A stretch of 64,000 bases of DNA from IMG/VR virus record IMGVR_UViG_3300030061_002970; one strand, 5' to 3'. Under the pieces are notes generated by a model that was given only the letters and a program-made list of their open reading frames with translations, searched no databases and had not been told where the DNA came from. Source of the DNA: a virus. Numbering within the stretch: position 1 is the stretch's first letter; each line of letters begins with the position of its first letter. The translations under genes and the position numbers were made by a program. Positions 10,307-21,276 of the stretch are shown piece by piece.

Positions 10307-13300
10307 ATGGCTAGTAATAGATTTAGATATCCACCAGCACCAGGACACGGAGGAGATACCTTTAGTGATAATCTAGTAGGTAATCAAATAACAGACGGGT
10401 CTTCACAAATGACTATGGGTAATTTTTCCATTGGTCAAGAATACACTCGAAGCGTATCCACACCTCAAAAACTAGAAGGATTTTCTAATCCAATTACCCT
10501 AGAATCTTTAGATTTTAACGACTTAAAAACAGCACAGGCATTTGTAAAAAATAATTACCAAGTATACATTAATACTGATACAAATAATATAGCCGAATTA
10601 GTTTTATATGGTTCATTAAAAAAGAGATTAAGTGTTGCTACCCAAAGTATCATTAATTTTTTTCCTGCAGCTCTATTCATTGATGGGGTAAATTCACTTA
10701 ATCAAAGTGGTAATACCACAGCTTATAATATAAACTACAATAGTGGCACAGACCAAACTACTTTTAATGTAAGTGTAGACCACATATCAAATCCATTTGT
10801 TATAGAATTTACCTCAAATGGTGAGTTACTTAATACACCTATTAGTAAGGAACAAATTTTAAATAATTTAGAAATGTTTGGTTATGGAGCTGATACATTA
10901 ATTAAAGTTGCAGATGGAACAGTATCTAAATTAAGAAATTTAACTACAGAGTATAAAAATTATGTTTTAACCCTGGGTGGGGAAATAAATGCTTTAGAAT
11001 ATAAAATAATAGATTTTAAACCACAAACTGTAACTACAGGTTTTCTAACTTTTACTGTTGAGGGTAATCCATTTATAAATAATAGTAGTACTACGGATAC
11101 ATTCTTCATTAAACCTAATAGTTTAGAAAGTGACGAAGCATTCAAAAACTTCGATTATGTTGAAAGGTTTTTAATGAACAGAGATGTAGTACCTGAATAT
11201 ACAGCAACTTTTAAATTAATAAAAGAATCTAGTGCGGGTGGAACATTTTATAGTAATACTATGATAACTTGGCCTAAACAAGACGCTATTAATATAGACA
11301 TAACTAGTAGTGGGTACACTAATTATCTAACTCAGTTATCTGACTTAGGAAATGAATTAGATGTACAAAAAACTAACTTAGTTTCTAGATTTTTAACGGC
11401 ACCAGTACTAAAAGAATTTGATACTACAGACCAAAAAATAGAAAAAACACTACAAATATATGGTAGAAGTTTTGATGATATAAAAACATTTGTAGATGGT
11501 ATAGCTTACATGACCAATGTAACATATGACAGTAAAAATAACATACCTAACGAATTAATTAAAAACTTCGCAAGAACCTTAGGGTGGTCAACACCTAACA
11601 CACTAAATAACAACACATTCTTAGACAACGTATTAGGGGTAACAGTACCAGAATATTCAGGTAGTAGTGCAAGTATGACACCTGCAGAATTAGATATAGA
11701 ATTATATAGGAGGATACTACTTAACACAGGATACCTATTTAAATCAAAAGGTACTAGGAAATCTATAGAATTTCTATTAGGTTTAATAGGTGCACCTGAA
11801 GCTTTAGTTGAGTTTAATGAGTATATAGTTTTAGCGGATGCAAAAATAAATTTAAATAAATTTTATGATGCTTGGGCTGTTGTTTCTGGTGGGACATATG
11901 TAACTAAAACAATAAAATATAGTATACCATTTTCATCTTTTACATATGTTACCGGTACAACCACTAATAATTTTAATTTTGGGGACTACCCGATAGACGG
12001 TGCTGGATACCCAAAAGTACCACCAACAAACAACAATTTCTTTTTCCAAAGAGGAGCGGGTTGGTTCGAAAGAACAGAGGAACATAAATCAGATTTAGTT
12101 ATAAATCAAGAAGCCTCAACATTAAGTGGGTGTAATCCTAGTGTAGTTACTAAATTTAATAATTTTACTTGGGGTGGATTTTGGTCTACTGGTATACACT
12201 CTAACAATCCTAAAGCACCATATTTAGATAGATTTAGAAGATTTCCACATATGTATTTTGGGTATTCCCTAGAAAGAATTATAGACGACAAGAAATCTTG
12301 GGTAGAAATAGGGGAAGACATATATAGACCAGATTTAGACCCTGATATGGGTATTTTCCAATTAAATAACACACAGCAAAATTTTAAAAACAGTGTTTAT
12401 AGGGAAAAATGTGGACAATTACAAAGAAGAAAAGAAAAATTAATTGCTAAGTTTGAAGAATTAACCGCCGCGGGTACAAACCCAAACTGGAGAAAACTAC
12501 TTATAAGTAGAATTCGATATGTCGAAATGTTTCAAAAAAATAAATGTAAGACAGAAGACGAAACTAGAAGATATAGTTTTAATGATAGATATTGGAGAAG
12601 TGCATACTACCAAACAAGTAACGAAAAATTAATTTTAAATGTTAAAAATGTTGATTTAAATTTAAATATAGGACAAGGATTGACGTACGATGTTTGGAAA
12701 CAATCTAGTTTATATAATTGCATGTTTAGTGGTGGTACATTACCACCACCCTACCCATCAAGTGGTGGGACCTGGGACTCAACAAATCCACAAATTAATG
12801 CTAAAAAATTAGACTTTAAGTTATTTAAAGATAATTTCTGGAAATATTTTATTGATGTAAAAAATAGAATGACCATAAATGATGGTAAAACTGGTGGGTA
12901 TCCAGTACTACAACAAATGTATCTAGATTATCTAAATAAAAGTTGTGGTGAGAATAATAAGTATACCTACACTAAAATGGTTGATTACGCACAATCGATG
13001 GGAGACTATTGGATAAGAATAGTAGAACAAATGGTACCAGCAACAACACTATGGACTAGTGGGGTTAAAATAGAAAATTCTGATTTTCACAGAGACAAAT
13101 TTGTATATAGATGTTTTTCTATGTCAGGAATATCCTATGATTCTGGATATACAACTACCTTTACAGTAAATCCGACAGGGTATACCTCTTTTCCAGCACC
13201 ACAGTTCCAAGCAAGGATGATGAGTTTCAACGCACCACCTGTGGCCCCACAACCAAATACTAGATATTATAATAACATACTAACCGGTAATACAACTAAT

Positions 13301-13711
13301 CCAATATCCACTTATGCTTCAGAATATGACATAAATCAAAAGTCATTAATATCGGGAAGTGAGTTAGTGGTCAAAGAAGGTAAAATATTAGCTAATGAAT
13401 TTAACACAAACAAAAGAAAATTTGAATCCGAACCAATCTTTACAAAACAAGGTAGTACAAATAATCTTTTATGTGTGTATGGTTTAAAAGAATTCGGCAA
13501 TCAAGGACTAGGTTGGTTAAAAACCTACAATTTAAATAGTGGTGGTGGACTCACAAGTCCAACCCAACAAGCAACCACAACTACACCACCATCACGTGGT
13601 GGTACCTCGGGTATAAATACAACTTCTAGTGCTGGTTCTTCAGGTGGAGGTGGATATTCACCAAGTGCTGGAGCTGGAGGTTCTTCAGGCGGAGGTGGTG
13701 GAGGATATTAA
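10307..13711 (+). CDS. Putative baseplate wedge-like protein
   Basis: YRRILLNTGYLFKSKGTRKSIEFLLGLIG resembles the KGT-x2-(S/G)I motif of phage tail protein I / baseplate wedge proteins. Gly/Ser-rich tail ends in Y. Confidence 0.55.
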   Translation: MASNRFRYPPAPGHGGDTFSDNLVGNQITDGSSQMTMGNFSIGQEYTRSVSTPQKLEGFSNPITLESLDFNDLKTAQAFVKNNYQVYINTDTNNIAELVLYGSLKKRLSVATQSIINFFPAALFIDGVNSLNQSGNTTAYNINYNSGTDQTTFNVSVDHISNPFVIEFTSNGELLNTPISKEQILNNLEMFGYGADTLIKVADGTVSKLRNLTTEYKNYVLTLGGEINALEYKIIDFKPQTVTTGFLTFTVEGNPFINNSSTTDTFFIKPNSLESDEAFKNFDYVERFLMNRDVVPEYTATFKLIKESSAGGTFYSNTMITWPKQDAINIDITSSGYTNYLTQLSDLGNELDVQKTNLVSRFLTAPVLKEFDTTDQKIEKTLQIYGRSFDDIKTFVDGIAYMTNVTYDSKNNIPNELIKNFARTLGWSTPNTLNNNTFLDNVLGVTVPEYSGSSASMTPAELDIELYRRILLNTGYLFKSKGTRKSIEFLLGLIGAPEALVEFNEYIVLADAKINLNKFYDAWAVVSGGTYVTKTIKYSIPFSSFTYVTGTTTNNFNFGDYPIDGAGYPKVPPTNNNFFFQRGAGWFERTEEHKSDLVINQEASTLSGCNPSVVTKFNNFTWGGFWSTGIHSNNPKAPYLDRFRRFPHMYFGYSLERIIDDKKSWVEIGEDIYRPDLDPDMGIFQLNNTQQNFKNSVYREKCGQLQRRKEKLIAKFEELTAAGTNPNWRKLLISRIRYVEMFQKNKCKTEDETRRYSFNDRYWRSAYYQTSNEKLILNVKNVDLNLNIGQGLTYDVWKQSSLYNCMFSGGTLPPPYPSSGGTWDSTNPQINAKKLDFKLFKDNFWKYFIDVKNRMTINDGKTGGYPVLQQMYLDYLNKSCGENNKYTYTKMVDYAQSMGDYWIRIVEQMVPATTLWTSGVKIENSDFHRDKFVYRCFSMSGISYDSGYTTTFTVNPTGYTSFPAPQFQARMMSFNAPPVAPQPNTRYYNNILTGNTTNPISTYASEYDINQKSLISGSELVVKEGKILANEFNTNKRKFESEPIFTKQGSTNNLLCVYGLKEFGNQGLGWLKTYNLNSGGGLTSPTQQATTTTPPSRGGTSGINTTSSAGSSGGGGYSPSAGAGGSSGGGGGGY

Positions 13712-13719
13712 AAAATAAT

Positions 13720-16700
13720 ATGGAAGAAAAAGTATATAGAACAAAAATAGATTTAAGAGTTTTAGGGGATGAAATAAAATTTGTTTTTTTTATGTCCGGA
13801 AATGTTAATAGTAGAACTCCTTCTGAAGTAATAAGTAAAAGAGCGTCATTTAATTTTATTTATGATACTAGTTACCCAGTAGATGTTATTGTAGAAATAA
13901 AAAGTGGTGTACAAAGAACATTTCTATATTTTGACGAAAAAATACTAAAATATAATAATATAAATAAGTTTATAGGGTTAAAACCAACACCCATAATTTT
14001 AGAAGTTTTTACAAATTCTAAAGGCAATCTTGGGTTTGAAAAAATAAACAACTCAATGACTGGTGCTTTTCTAAGTCATAAAAACTATTTTAGTAATAGT
14101 CCGAACAGTGGAGCTATAGAACCTTTTGGTAAAATTATTGGTGGTAAAGCACATGCCTTACAAATGATAATACCTGGTGTTATATTTAGAAGAAATACAA
14201 TACATAACCTATCTTTTGATATGGATATTTTCATAGAAAAATGCGGTCAATATGTGCATTCACTGGACTTTAAGGTTAATTTAGATAATGATAAAATAAT
14301 TAAAGGTGATATTATAACTATAGAACCTGTAAAACAAATTACAACACCACCACAAACAATAAAATTAGAAACAACTTATTTAACACTACACTCTAAAGAT
14401 TTGTCAGATAGAGAAGTGATATACGACTACAAAAAACAATTAACACCACAAAATTGTTTACCCGAAACTTTAGATTTAATTAGTAGTAGAGTTTATGCGG
14501 TGAAAAACCCATTAACTCCAAACGTTAACTTAAATGATGTAAACCTACCAACCAATAACTTAATACAAATACCATATAATATTTCTAGATTTGTAGAAAA
14601 TAATGAGGTTAAAGAAAGTAGAAAAGTATTTAAAAATGGAAAATATGTGTACCCATTAAATTGGGCAAGTGAATTACAAAATAATGAACTTTTTAGTGAA
14701 GCTGATAAGTGTTATTCTTTAAAATTTTCTACTAAGACACAACTAAAAGCGTTTGAAGAAAAATTAAAAACACAACAAATTGGTAGTATAGAAAATTATC
14801 CTACAATCAACTCCCAAGGGCAAATACAAAATATACCTAGAACTTATTCTAGAATATCACAATGGGTTAATAGAAGTTCTTTAAATACATTTACAGACGT
14901 AAGGTTTACTTATACTGTTGATGGTGATATTAACACAATAACTGTTTGTCCTAGTAAAGAATGTGTTGTAGGGCCTACAAAAATAGGTTCTGAACAAGGA
15001 TTGTATACAGCAGGTAATGAATATCTCCTACCAAGTGGAGAAGAATATATAGGTTTTTATCATGTACACCCAGAAAAAGGTGCTATGGTAGGAGCAAAAC
15101 ACACCACTGAACTACATGATGTTCTAACACCTCTATATACTATAGCACCTATTAGTGCAAATACAGTGACAGATTTTTGTTTTACTACTTACGATAAAAA
15201 AGATGAAACAGAATTATACACAGGATTTACAGCTACGACCGCTGACCCTAATATAACTAATAAAACCTATGACCTACATTTAAGTGGAGCTTCTTTCTCA
15301 GCTAATACTATAGTACCTATTAGTAATATAGAGAGACAAACAAAAATGAAACTAATTGGTGATACCACTCTAGAATATAGACCATATACATTTAGTGAAG
15401 CTTATGGTAGAAATAATGGAACATTAATTTTTAATGAGTCGGATGTGGATAACTATCTTACTTATTCCGCATTAACTAGTGGTATATATAGGTTTACATA
15501 TAAGGGGTATTTAAATATAAAATATACTGATAGTCAGTGGTGTGAATACCTAGAAAAAGCATACCCTTCCGGATTTACAGGTAGTTATCCAGGTAACGAC
15601 TATGAAATTAAAAGACTTATAAATACTTCTATAATTCAAGCAGGTGATGGTGAAAAAGAAGTTGTAGCGACAGACACAGACTTTAAATTTAATGCTGGTG
15701 AAAAATATAGAGATTGTACATCTGGGAGAGAAAAATATATTTGTGGTGATGCACCAGATAATACAGGAATATTAAACTTTAATTTTACAGCTTCTATAAT
15801 ACAAGGTTCATCGACAGGTGGTACCGGAACAACATTATCCGAGTTTAAAGTTGTAAGAAGTAGAAAAACAGATGGATTTGCAAACGATTATTTAACATTA
15901 GATGTTGATAAAAATGATTTAACTACTAGTGGTATGAATAGTTGTATATTAAGTTCTATGACATCATCTACTATATTCCACAAACAAATACCAATCACAT
16001 TGGACACGGGATTAATAAACTTAATTAGTGGACAAACCATACAATTAAAATATGAAACAGATTGGAACTCAACCTCTAAAGGTGGGTTTTATTATTTATC
16101 CGGTGGTGCAACAGCTATAGATATAAATTTAGGTCATAGATTAGACACGAGTGGGAATACTTTAGAATCTCCTTATTATCGTGGTATAAAAGCATCTAAT
16201 GGTGTTAGTAGTAAAAAATTATTTTTTGACTCAACCAAAAAATCACTACCGTTTGAGTTAAAAGTTGGTGACACTACAAAAACAATAGAACTTGATGGTA
16301 CCCTTTATTTGTCAGATAGTGAATGTGGAAACATAAGAATACCTTTTGTTGATAATAATACTTTTGGTGATTTAAATTTTGTAGATAGTACAGCTCCTGA
16401 TGGTAAATTAGTTTGGGATATTAGTACAGAAAAACCTACAAATAACTGGCAAAGAATGATAGAAAATAATACAATAAAAGACTACATGTTAAGTGACAAA
16501 TCTAATTCACAAATGACCCACATGAAAGAAAACGGATTATTTTCATTCTACCTACCAACATATAATAGTTATGAGTACGGTGCAAAATGTGATTTTAATT
16601 TCCCACAATTAAGTCAGTCTTATATTATAGTTAATAACTTTAAAAATTATTATGGTAATACATTATTACATTATATAGTAGTCACACCAGACTGCGGTTT

Positions 16701-17643
16701 TTATAAACCATGCTCTGGAACAAAAGTAGGTACAACTTATGATATTATACATAAAACTACACCAGCTGACTGGAAATTAGTAAATCTAAACAGAAAATTA
16801 AACATAAAAGGTAAAGACGTTAATATAGTTTCTGCTTTTTCACATTACAACCCTGAACCAGAAGTCTTATCTAATAGCACTAAATGTAAGTATTACTGCC
16901 AATGTGGGCAAGAACTATCTAAAGCGTTAAAGTTAGACCCAATATACGGAATAACTAATATATTTCACGATTTAGAAACTAAAGAGTGTGATGATTGTTT
17001 AAAAAATGCACAAGAATATTGTTTTTCTTTAAATAATAAATGTACAGCACATTTAGTTGGGGACTGTGCAAACGATAATATTTATGTGGGACAAGTAATA
17101 AACAATTTAAGACCAACTACATTTAACACACCTGTTACCACTACACTATTTGGTGGTTCAGACGTATCTTCTGGAGGAGGGTATCCAGCAGGTCCTAGTG
17201 GACAACCAGGAATTGTAACAGGAGGAGGCGACCCAAGAGGAGGCGACCCAAGAGGAGGCGACCCAAGAGGAGGCGACCCAAGAGGAGGCGACCCAAGAGG
17301 AGGTACTTTAGATACTGGAGTTTTTGTTCTTGGTGATAGACCAACAAATATTGTAAGGTATGGTTGTAAAGAAGGACTGTGTTTTGAAGACCCTGATGGG
17401 GTGTATACTTCATTTGAAGAATGTGTGGCAAGATGTTCACCACCACCTCCACCACCAAGTGGTGACGGACCAGTTAAACCAGCAACCGATACAGAAGATG
17501 AAAAAACTGATGTAAAAGATAAGTACGACGATGAAATTAAAGAAATTTCAGATGTCGGAAAAAAAGGTTTATGTAGTGTAGGTTATTATTGGTGTGAAAG
17601 CGTTGGTAAATGCATAAGTGAAAAAGAACCTTGTAAAGGATAA
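13720..17643 (+). CDS. Large putative virion protein with GGDPR repeats and Cys-rich C-terminus
   Basis: 1307-aa ORF in the structural block. C-terminal RYGCKEGLCFEDPDGVYTSFEECVARC matches the repeat of the giant protein. Confidence 0.6.
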   Translation: MEEKVYRTKIDLRVLGDEIKFVFFMSGNVNSRTPSEVISKRASFNFIYDTSYPVDVIVEIKSGVQRTFLYFDEKILKYNNINKFIGLKPTPIILEVFTNSKGNLGFEKINNSMTGAFLSHKNYFSNSPNSGAIEPFGKIIGGKAHALQMIIPGVIFRRNTIHNLSFDMDIFIEKCGQYVHSLDFKVNLDNDKIIKGDIITIEPVKQITTPPQTIKLETTYLTLHSKDLSDREVIYDYKKQLTPQNCLPETLDLISSRVYAVKNPLTPNVNLNDVNLPTNNLIQIPYNISRFVENNEVKESRKVFKNGKYVYPLNWASELQNNELFSEADKCYSLKFSTKTQLKAFEEKLKTQQIGSIENYPTINSQGQIQNIPRTYSRISQWVNRSSLNTFTDVRFTYTVDGDINTITVCPSKECVVGPTKIGSEQGLYTAGNEYLLPSGEEYIGFYHVHPEKGAMVGAKHTTELHDVLTPLYTIAPISANTVTDFCFTTYDKKDETELYTGFTATTADPNITNKTYDLHLSGASFSANTIVPISNIERQTKMKLIGDTTLEYRPYTFSEAYGRNNGTLIFNESDVDNYLTYSALTSGIYRFTYKGYLNIKYTDSQWCEYLEKAYPSGFTGSYPGNDYEIKRLINTSIIQAGDGEKEVVATDTDFKFNAGEKYRDCTSGREKYICGDAPDNTGILNFNFTASIIQGSSTGGTGTTLSEFKVVRSRKTDGFANDYLTLDVDKNDLTTSGMNSCILSSMTSSTIFHKQIPITLDTGLINLISGQTIQLKYETDWNSTSKGGFYYLSGGATAIDINLGHRLDTSGNTLESPYYRGIKASNGVSSKKLFFDSTKKSLPFELKVGDTTKTIELDGTLYLSDSECGNIRIPFVDNNTFGDLNFVDSTAPDGKLVWDISTEKPTNNWQRMIENNTIKDYMLSDKSNSQMTHMKENGLFSFYLPTYNSYEYGAKCDFNFPQLSQSYIIVNNFKNYYGNTLLHYIVVTPDCGFYKPCSGTKVGTTYDIIHKTTPADWKLVNLNRKLNIKGKDVNIVSAFSHYNPEPEVLSNSTKCKYYCQCGQELSKALKLDPIYGITNIFHDLETKECDDCLKNAQEYCFSLNNKCTAHLVGDCANDNIYVGQVINNLRPTTFNTPVTTTLFGGSDVSSGGGYPAGPSGQPGIVTGGGDPRGGDPRGGDPRGGDPRGGDPRGGTLDTGVFVLGDRPTNIVRYGCKEGLCFEDPDGVYTSFEECVARCSPPPPPPSGDGPVKPATDTEDEKTDVKDKYDDEIKEISDVGKKGLCSVGYYWCESVGKCISEKEPCKG
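17224..17303 (+). repeat. Perfect 15-bp tandem repeat (GGAGGCGACCCAAGA) x5 plus partial, encoding GGDPR
   Basis: Five identical units read directly at 17224-17298, followed by GGAGG. Confidence 0.95.
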
Positions 17644-17658
17644 AAATAAAATATAATT

Positions 17659-20600
17659 ATGGCAATGGCAACATCTAATGGAGATATAATGTTAATCAAC
17701 TATAATGTAGAACACACATTAAGTGGTAAGTGTAATGGGCAAATATGGTCTGTCGACGTTTCCGGTAATACAAGTGTGATTCCACCATATACTGTTAGTT
17801 GGTCTGGTAGTAGTAATAGTTATACAGCAGATACTTTTGATATTATAAATTTATGTGAGGGTTGGTATGAGGCTACTATTACCGATTCCAGAGGTAATAC
17901 TGGTAGTACCGAACTACAAGTAAGTGGATTTACGGTACCATTAATAGAAGCAACACTATCTAATAATGATTGTGTGCTAGACACCAATAAACTAGGACAA
18001 ATTAGTGTTACAACCTCAACTACAACAACGTCTAGTTTTAGGTATGATTTGGTTAAAAATGGAAAAGTTGTAGATAGATATTATGGGACAACTGCTGATA
18101 CGACACATATATTTTCTGGTGTAACTAATGGGGTATATACTGTTAGTGTTATTGAGGATAGACCTATGAATACAAACATAGCACCTGATAATAGTGGGTG
18201 TACCCCATATAACTATAACGATGGTAATAATGGAATGAGTACTGCTGGATGGAATCTTAATACCCTTTCTGGTACTAGTATGAGTTGGGAACCATATGTA
18301 CCTAACGCACCTTATGATATGCCATTTAGTTCTGGTTGGGGACCAGCACCAGCTACTTCTGCAGCATATTTTGATACTGGACTAGGTGTTGATGGAAAAG
18401 TTTATAGTAGTAATCCATATGTGTGGTTTTACACCGGTACAACAGCTAGTAGATTAACAGATAGTAGTGATGATTGGTATTTAGGTGAAGCCGCCATAGA
18501 TATGACAGAAGGTGGTAATCTAGGACCTACAACATTAGCAGCAACTGCGGGAAATATAGGAAAATTTTACTATAACACAGTAATTAAAAAGTATCTATAT
18601 TGGTGGCCAGCACAGGGAGCTGGTTATGGTTGGAGAACATTAGACCCTAGACAAAATTATGGCATATTTGGTAACCCAGTAGCAGTTAGTGGTTTAACAG
18701 GTACATCTTATGGTGTAACAATAGAAGATGTTAGTTCTAGTGATTACTCAGTTAATTCGGGTGGTACAGTAGCTGTTGGGACAGGAATAGTTTTAGAAGG
18801 TGGTTCATCACAACTTTATGCTACTAGTGGAAATATTAGTGGGGTTGTGGGTAAACAAAGTTTATGTTCGTACTACAATTACACTTGGGAAGTTACATTT
18901 AGAAGTGGGGCAGCTGATGACGATACTATAGGTATTACTCTTGCATCTTTTAGGGATGATAGAGGTAAATATGGACCTACAGGTGTGACACATACTTTAG
19001 ACTTAATATTTAATGGTAGGGTTGGTACAACTACAGTCGCTACTAATAATGGTGCTGACGCATATGCATTTAGTAACTATAACACACCTAAATTTAGAAA
19101 TTGTAACGGTGGGTGTAGTGGTGCAGAAACAACTAACTATGGTATAACTACTGTATTGAGTAACACAGCAAGTAAAACACCATTTACCACCAGTACCAAT
19201 TGGAATGTTATGGGTGCAACCAGAATTAGGGTAAATAGATATGGTGATTTTGGTGAATTTTTTACAATTGATTTTACAGATACTATGGCTAACGCTTCGG
19301 GGGGTGCAATAACAAAAGGTAATGGTGATGCGAATCCATATAATTCTACTTATACTATAGATTTTAATTTATTAGATAAAAGTACTTGGGTAGGAGATAA
19401 TGCTTCAGCTCCTTATTGGGTGGATAACTATGCTTTATGTAAGTATTTGGGGTCTAGAGGTATTGGTTTTTTTGCTAGTTCACAAGATGATGCCAGATTC
19501 TACCACATGCAATTTACCGGTGGTTCTTTTAATGAATATTTAGAAGGACCTATATGTGGTGTAGACGATGGACCAACCGAAACTATAGGTATTACAGCTA
19601 CCACAGCTACAACAGTAAATGTAAATAATACTAAATGTAGACCTAAATACACCACAACACAAAAAGGTGTACCACAAGTAAGACCCATAATTAAAGCTTC
19701 ACTACAAACAATGCCATCACCATTATTAACAATTAATGGTTTAAGTAGACCAACAACTACAGTATCTACAGAAATTGGTGGTAAACCAGCACTAGAAGTT
19801 TATAATTTAGAAAATACTAAAGGTAAAAATATACAATTCTATTTTGGTGGTAATAACCAGGATATGATTTTTGAAAATGCATACCCTAAATTTAGAGTTT
19901 ACCCCTATATATTTGAAACTGAACAAGTAGCTCCATTAGCCGACTACGAAGCGATATTTGACACAATGCCAGCTTACATGGATAGTGATGTTAAATCCAT
20001 AATATTTAGTGCTGAAACATTCATGCCATTATCAGGGTTGTCTACAGATACGTCATGGGAATTTATAATAAGACCTAGTTATTTATATAAAGATAAAAAT
20101 TCTACAACAGATACTTGGGTGGATACAGCAGAATACCCAACAAGTAGAGACATAGATGCTGGTAAAGACTTTTATATGGTGGTACTACAAAACCCACCAG
20201 TACCACAAATATATTTAGACGACTTTGATGTGCCAATAACGGGTTACGCGGTATTAAGAACTGAAACTTATAAATTAGTAAGTGGTTCCGGTGATTTACC
20301 TGATACTACAGCAACCACGTATACTTCATCTACATTTTACTACACACTGGAATCACCAGTAGCTAGTAGACCTATGGTTAGTGTTAATGGTGTTGTTTTA
20401 AAAGAAGGAAGAAGTGGTACTACAGTACCTGATGGGTATAATGCAGGTGGGATTGCATCAAACGATTATGGTGATTATTATTTTTATGAAAATACAAGAA
20501 GTGTTATATTTCACCCAGAAACAGTACAGAATGGTGATGACCTACAATTTATGTATGATACACAAGGTGGTGCGTATACACAATCTGTAGAAATCCCAGG

Positions 20601-21219
20601 GACAGTGAGTACCGAATCAACCGATAGAATATATGAAGAAAATGGGTATTATTACGTTAATCTAGAAAAACAATCTGTTGGAGCGATAACATTGGCAATA
20701 AATGGGGTATTACAAAATGATAAAAAAGATTATAGAAAATTTAGTGACACTAAAATACAATTACTAAATGAACCATCAACATATAGTAGTGGTGATGTGT
20801 TAGTTTTATTTTACAAAACAATTTATAAGGTAATATCAGCACCTATAACTAAAGACCCTATTGTACCAGTAACATATACAAAAAATAATAACTTAGAAGA
20901 AGAAATAATAGTTAGACTTTTTAATTCTACTGGTAATTTAGTACAAGAACTTAGAGACAAAATAGATATTGATATGTCAGGTAATATATTTAGAGAATTT
21001 AAATTATTACCTCCTGACCCAGATAGTTATTATTACTATGTTTTGGTAAGAAGATACTACCCATTGATTGGGGGACAAACAATTACAAGTGAATCACAGA
21101 CAGACACAATAAACTTTGTTATGGATAGAAACGTATTCTATTCACCACCAAGAAACAATAATTCAACAATAATCTCAAACACCTCTAGTGGTAGTATTTC
21201 TTCGGGTGGTGGATATTAA
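17659..21219 (+). CDS. Virion structural/adhesion protein with N-terminal SprB-like repeats
   Basis: CNGQI..V.VSG..PPYTVSWS...DIINLCEGWYEATITDSRG is SprB-like. C-terminal V(S/A)(V/I)NGV(V/L) repeats are typical of phage tail/baseplate beta-domains. Ends SGGGY. Confidence 0.65.
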   Translation: MAMATSNGDIMLINYNVEHTLSGKCNGQIWSVDVSGNTSVIPPYTVSWSGSSNSYTADTFDIINLCEGWYEATITDSRGNTGSTELQVSGFTVPLIEATLSNNDCVLDTNKLGQISVTTSTTTTSSFRYDLVKNGKVVDRYYGTTADTTHIFSGVTNGVYTVSVIEDRPMNTNIAPDNSGCTPYNYNDGNNGMSTAGWNLNTLSGTSMSWEPYVPNAPYDMPFSSGWGPAPATSAAYFDTGLGVDGKVYSSNPYVWFYTGTTASRLTDSSDDWYLGEAAIDMTEGGNLGPTTLAATAGNIGKFYYNTVIKKYLYWWPAQGAGYGWRTLDPRQNYGIFGNPVAVSGLTGTSYGVTIEDVSSSDYSVNSGGTVAVGTGIVLEGGSSQLYATSGNISGVVGKQSLCSYYNYTWEVTFRSGAADDDTIGITLASFRDDRGKYGPTGVTHTLDLIFNGRVGTTTVATNNGADAYAFSNYNTPKFRNCNGGCSGAETTNYGITTVLSNTASKTPFTTSTNWNVMGATRIRVNRYGDFGEFFTIDFTDTMANASGGAITKGNGDANPYNSTYTIDFNLLDKSTWVGDNASAPYWVDNYALCKYLGSRGIGFFASSQDDARFYHMQFTGGSFNEYLEGPICGVDDGPTETIGITATTATTVNVNNTKCRPKYTTTQKGVPQVRPIIKASLQTMPSPLLTINGLSRPTTTVSTEIGGKPALEVYNLENTKGKNIQFYFGGNNQDMIFENAYPKFRVYPYIFETEQVAPLADYEAIFDTMPAYMDSDVKSIIFSAETFMPLSGLSTDTSWEFIIRPSYLYKDKNSTTDTWVDTAEYPTSRDIDAGKDFYMVVLQNPPVPQIYLDDFDVPITGYAVLRTETYKLVSGSGDLPDTTATTYTSSTFYYTLESPVASRPMVSVNGVVLKEGRSGTTVPDGYNAGGIASNDYGDYYFYENTRSVIFHPETVQNGDDLQFMYDTQGGAYTQSVEIPGTVSTESTDRIYEENGYYYVNLEKQSVGAITLAINGVLQNDKKDYRKFSDTKIQLLNEPSTYSSGDVLVLFYKTIYKVISAPITKDPIVPVTYTKNNNLEEEIIVRLFNSTGNLVQELRDKIDIDMSGNIFREFKLLPPDPDSYYYYVLVRRYYPLIGGQTITSESQTDTINFVMDRNVFYSPPRNNNSTIISNTSSGSISSGGGY

Positions 21220-21276
21220 TATAGAATATAGTGAACAAACTAAAATAAAAGGTATTTATGATTAAAGACAAAAATT

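Noticed and set aside
17224-17303. CRISPR array
   Set aside because: Contiguous 15-bp units with no spacers, in frame within a CDS.
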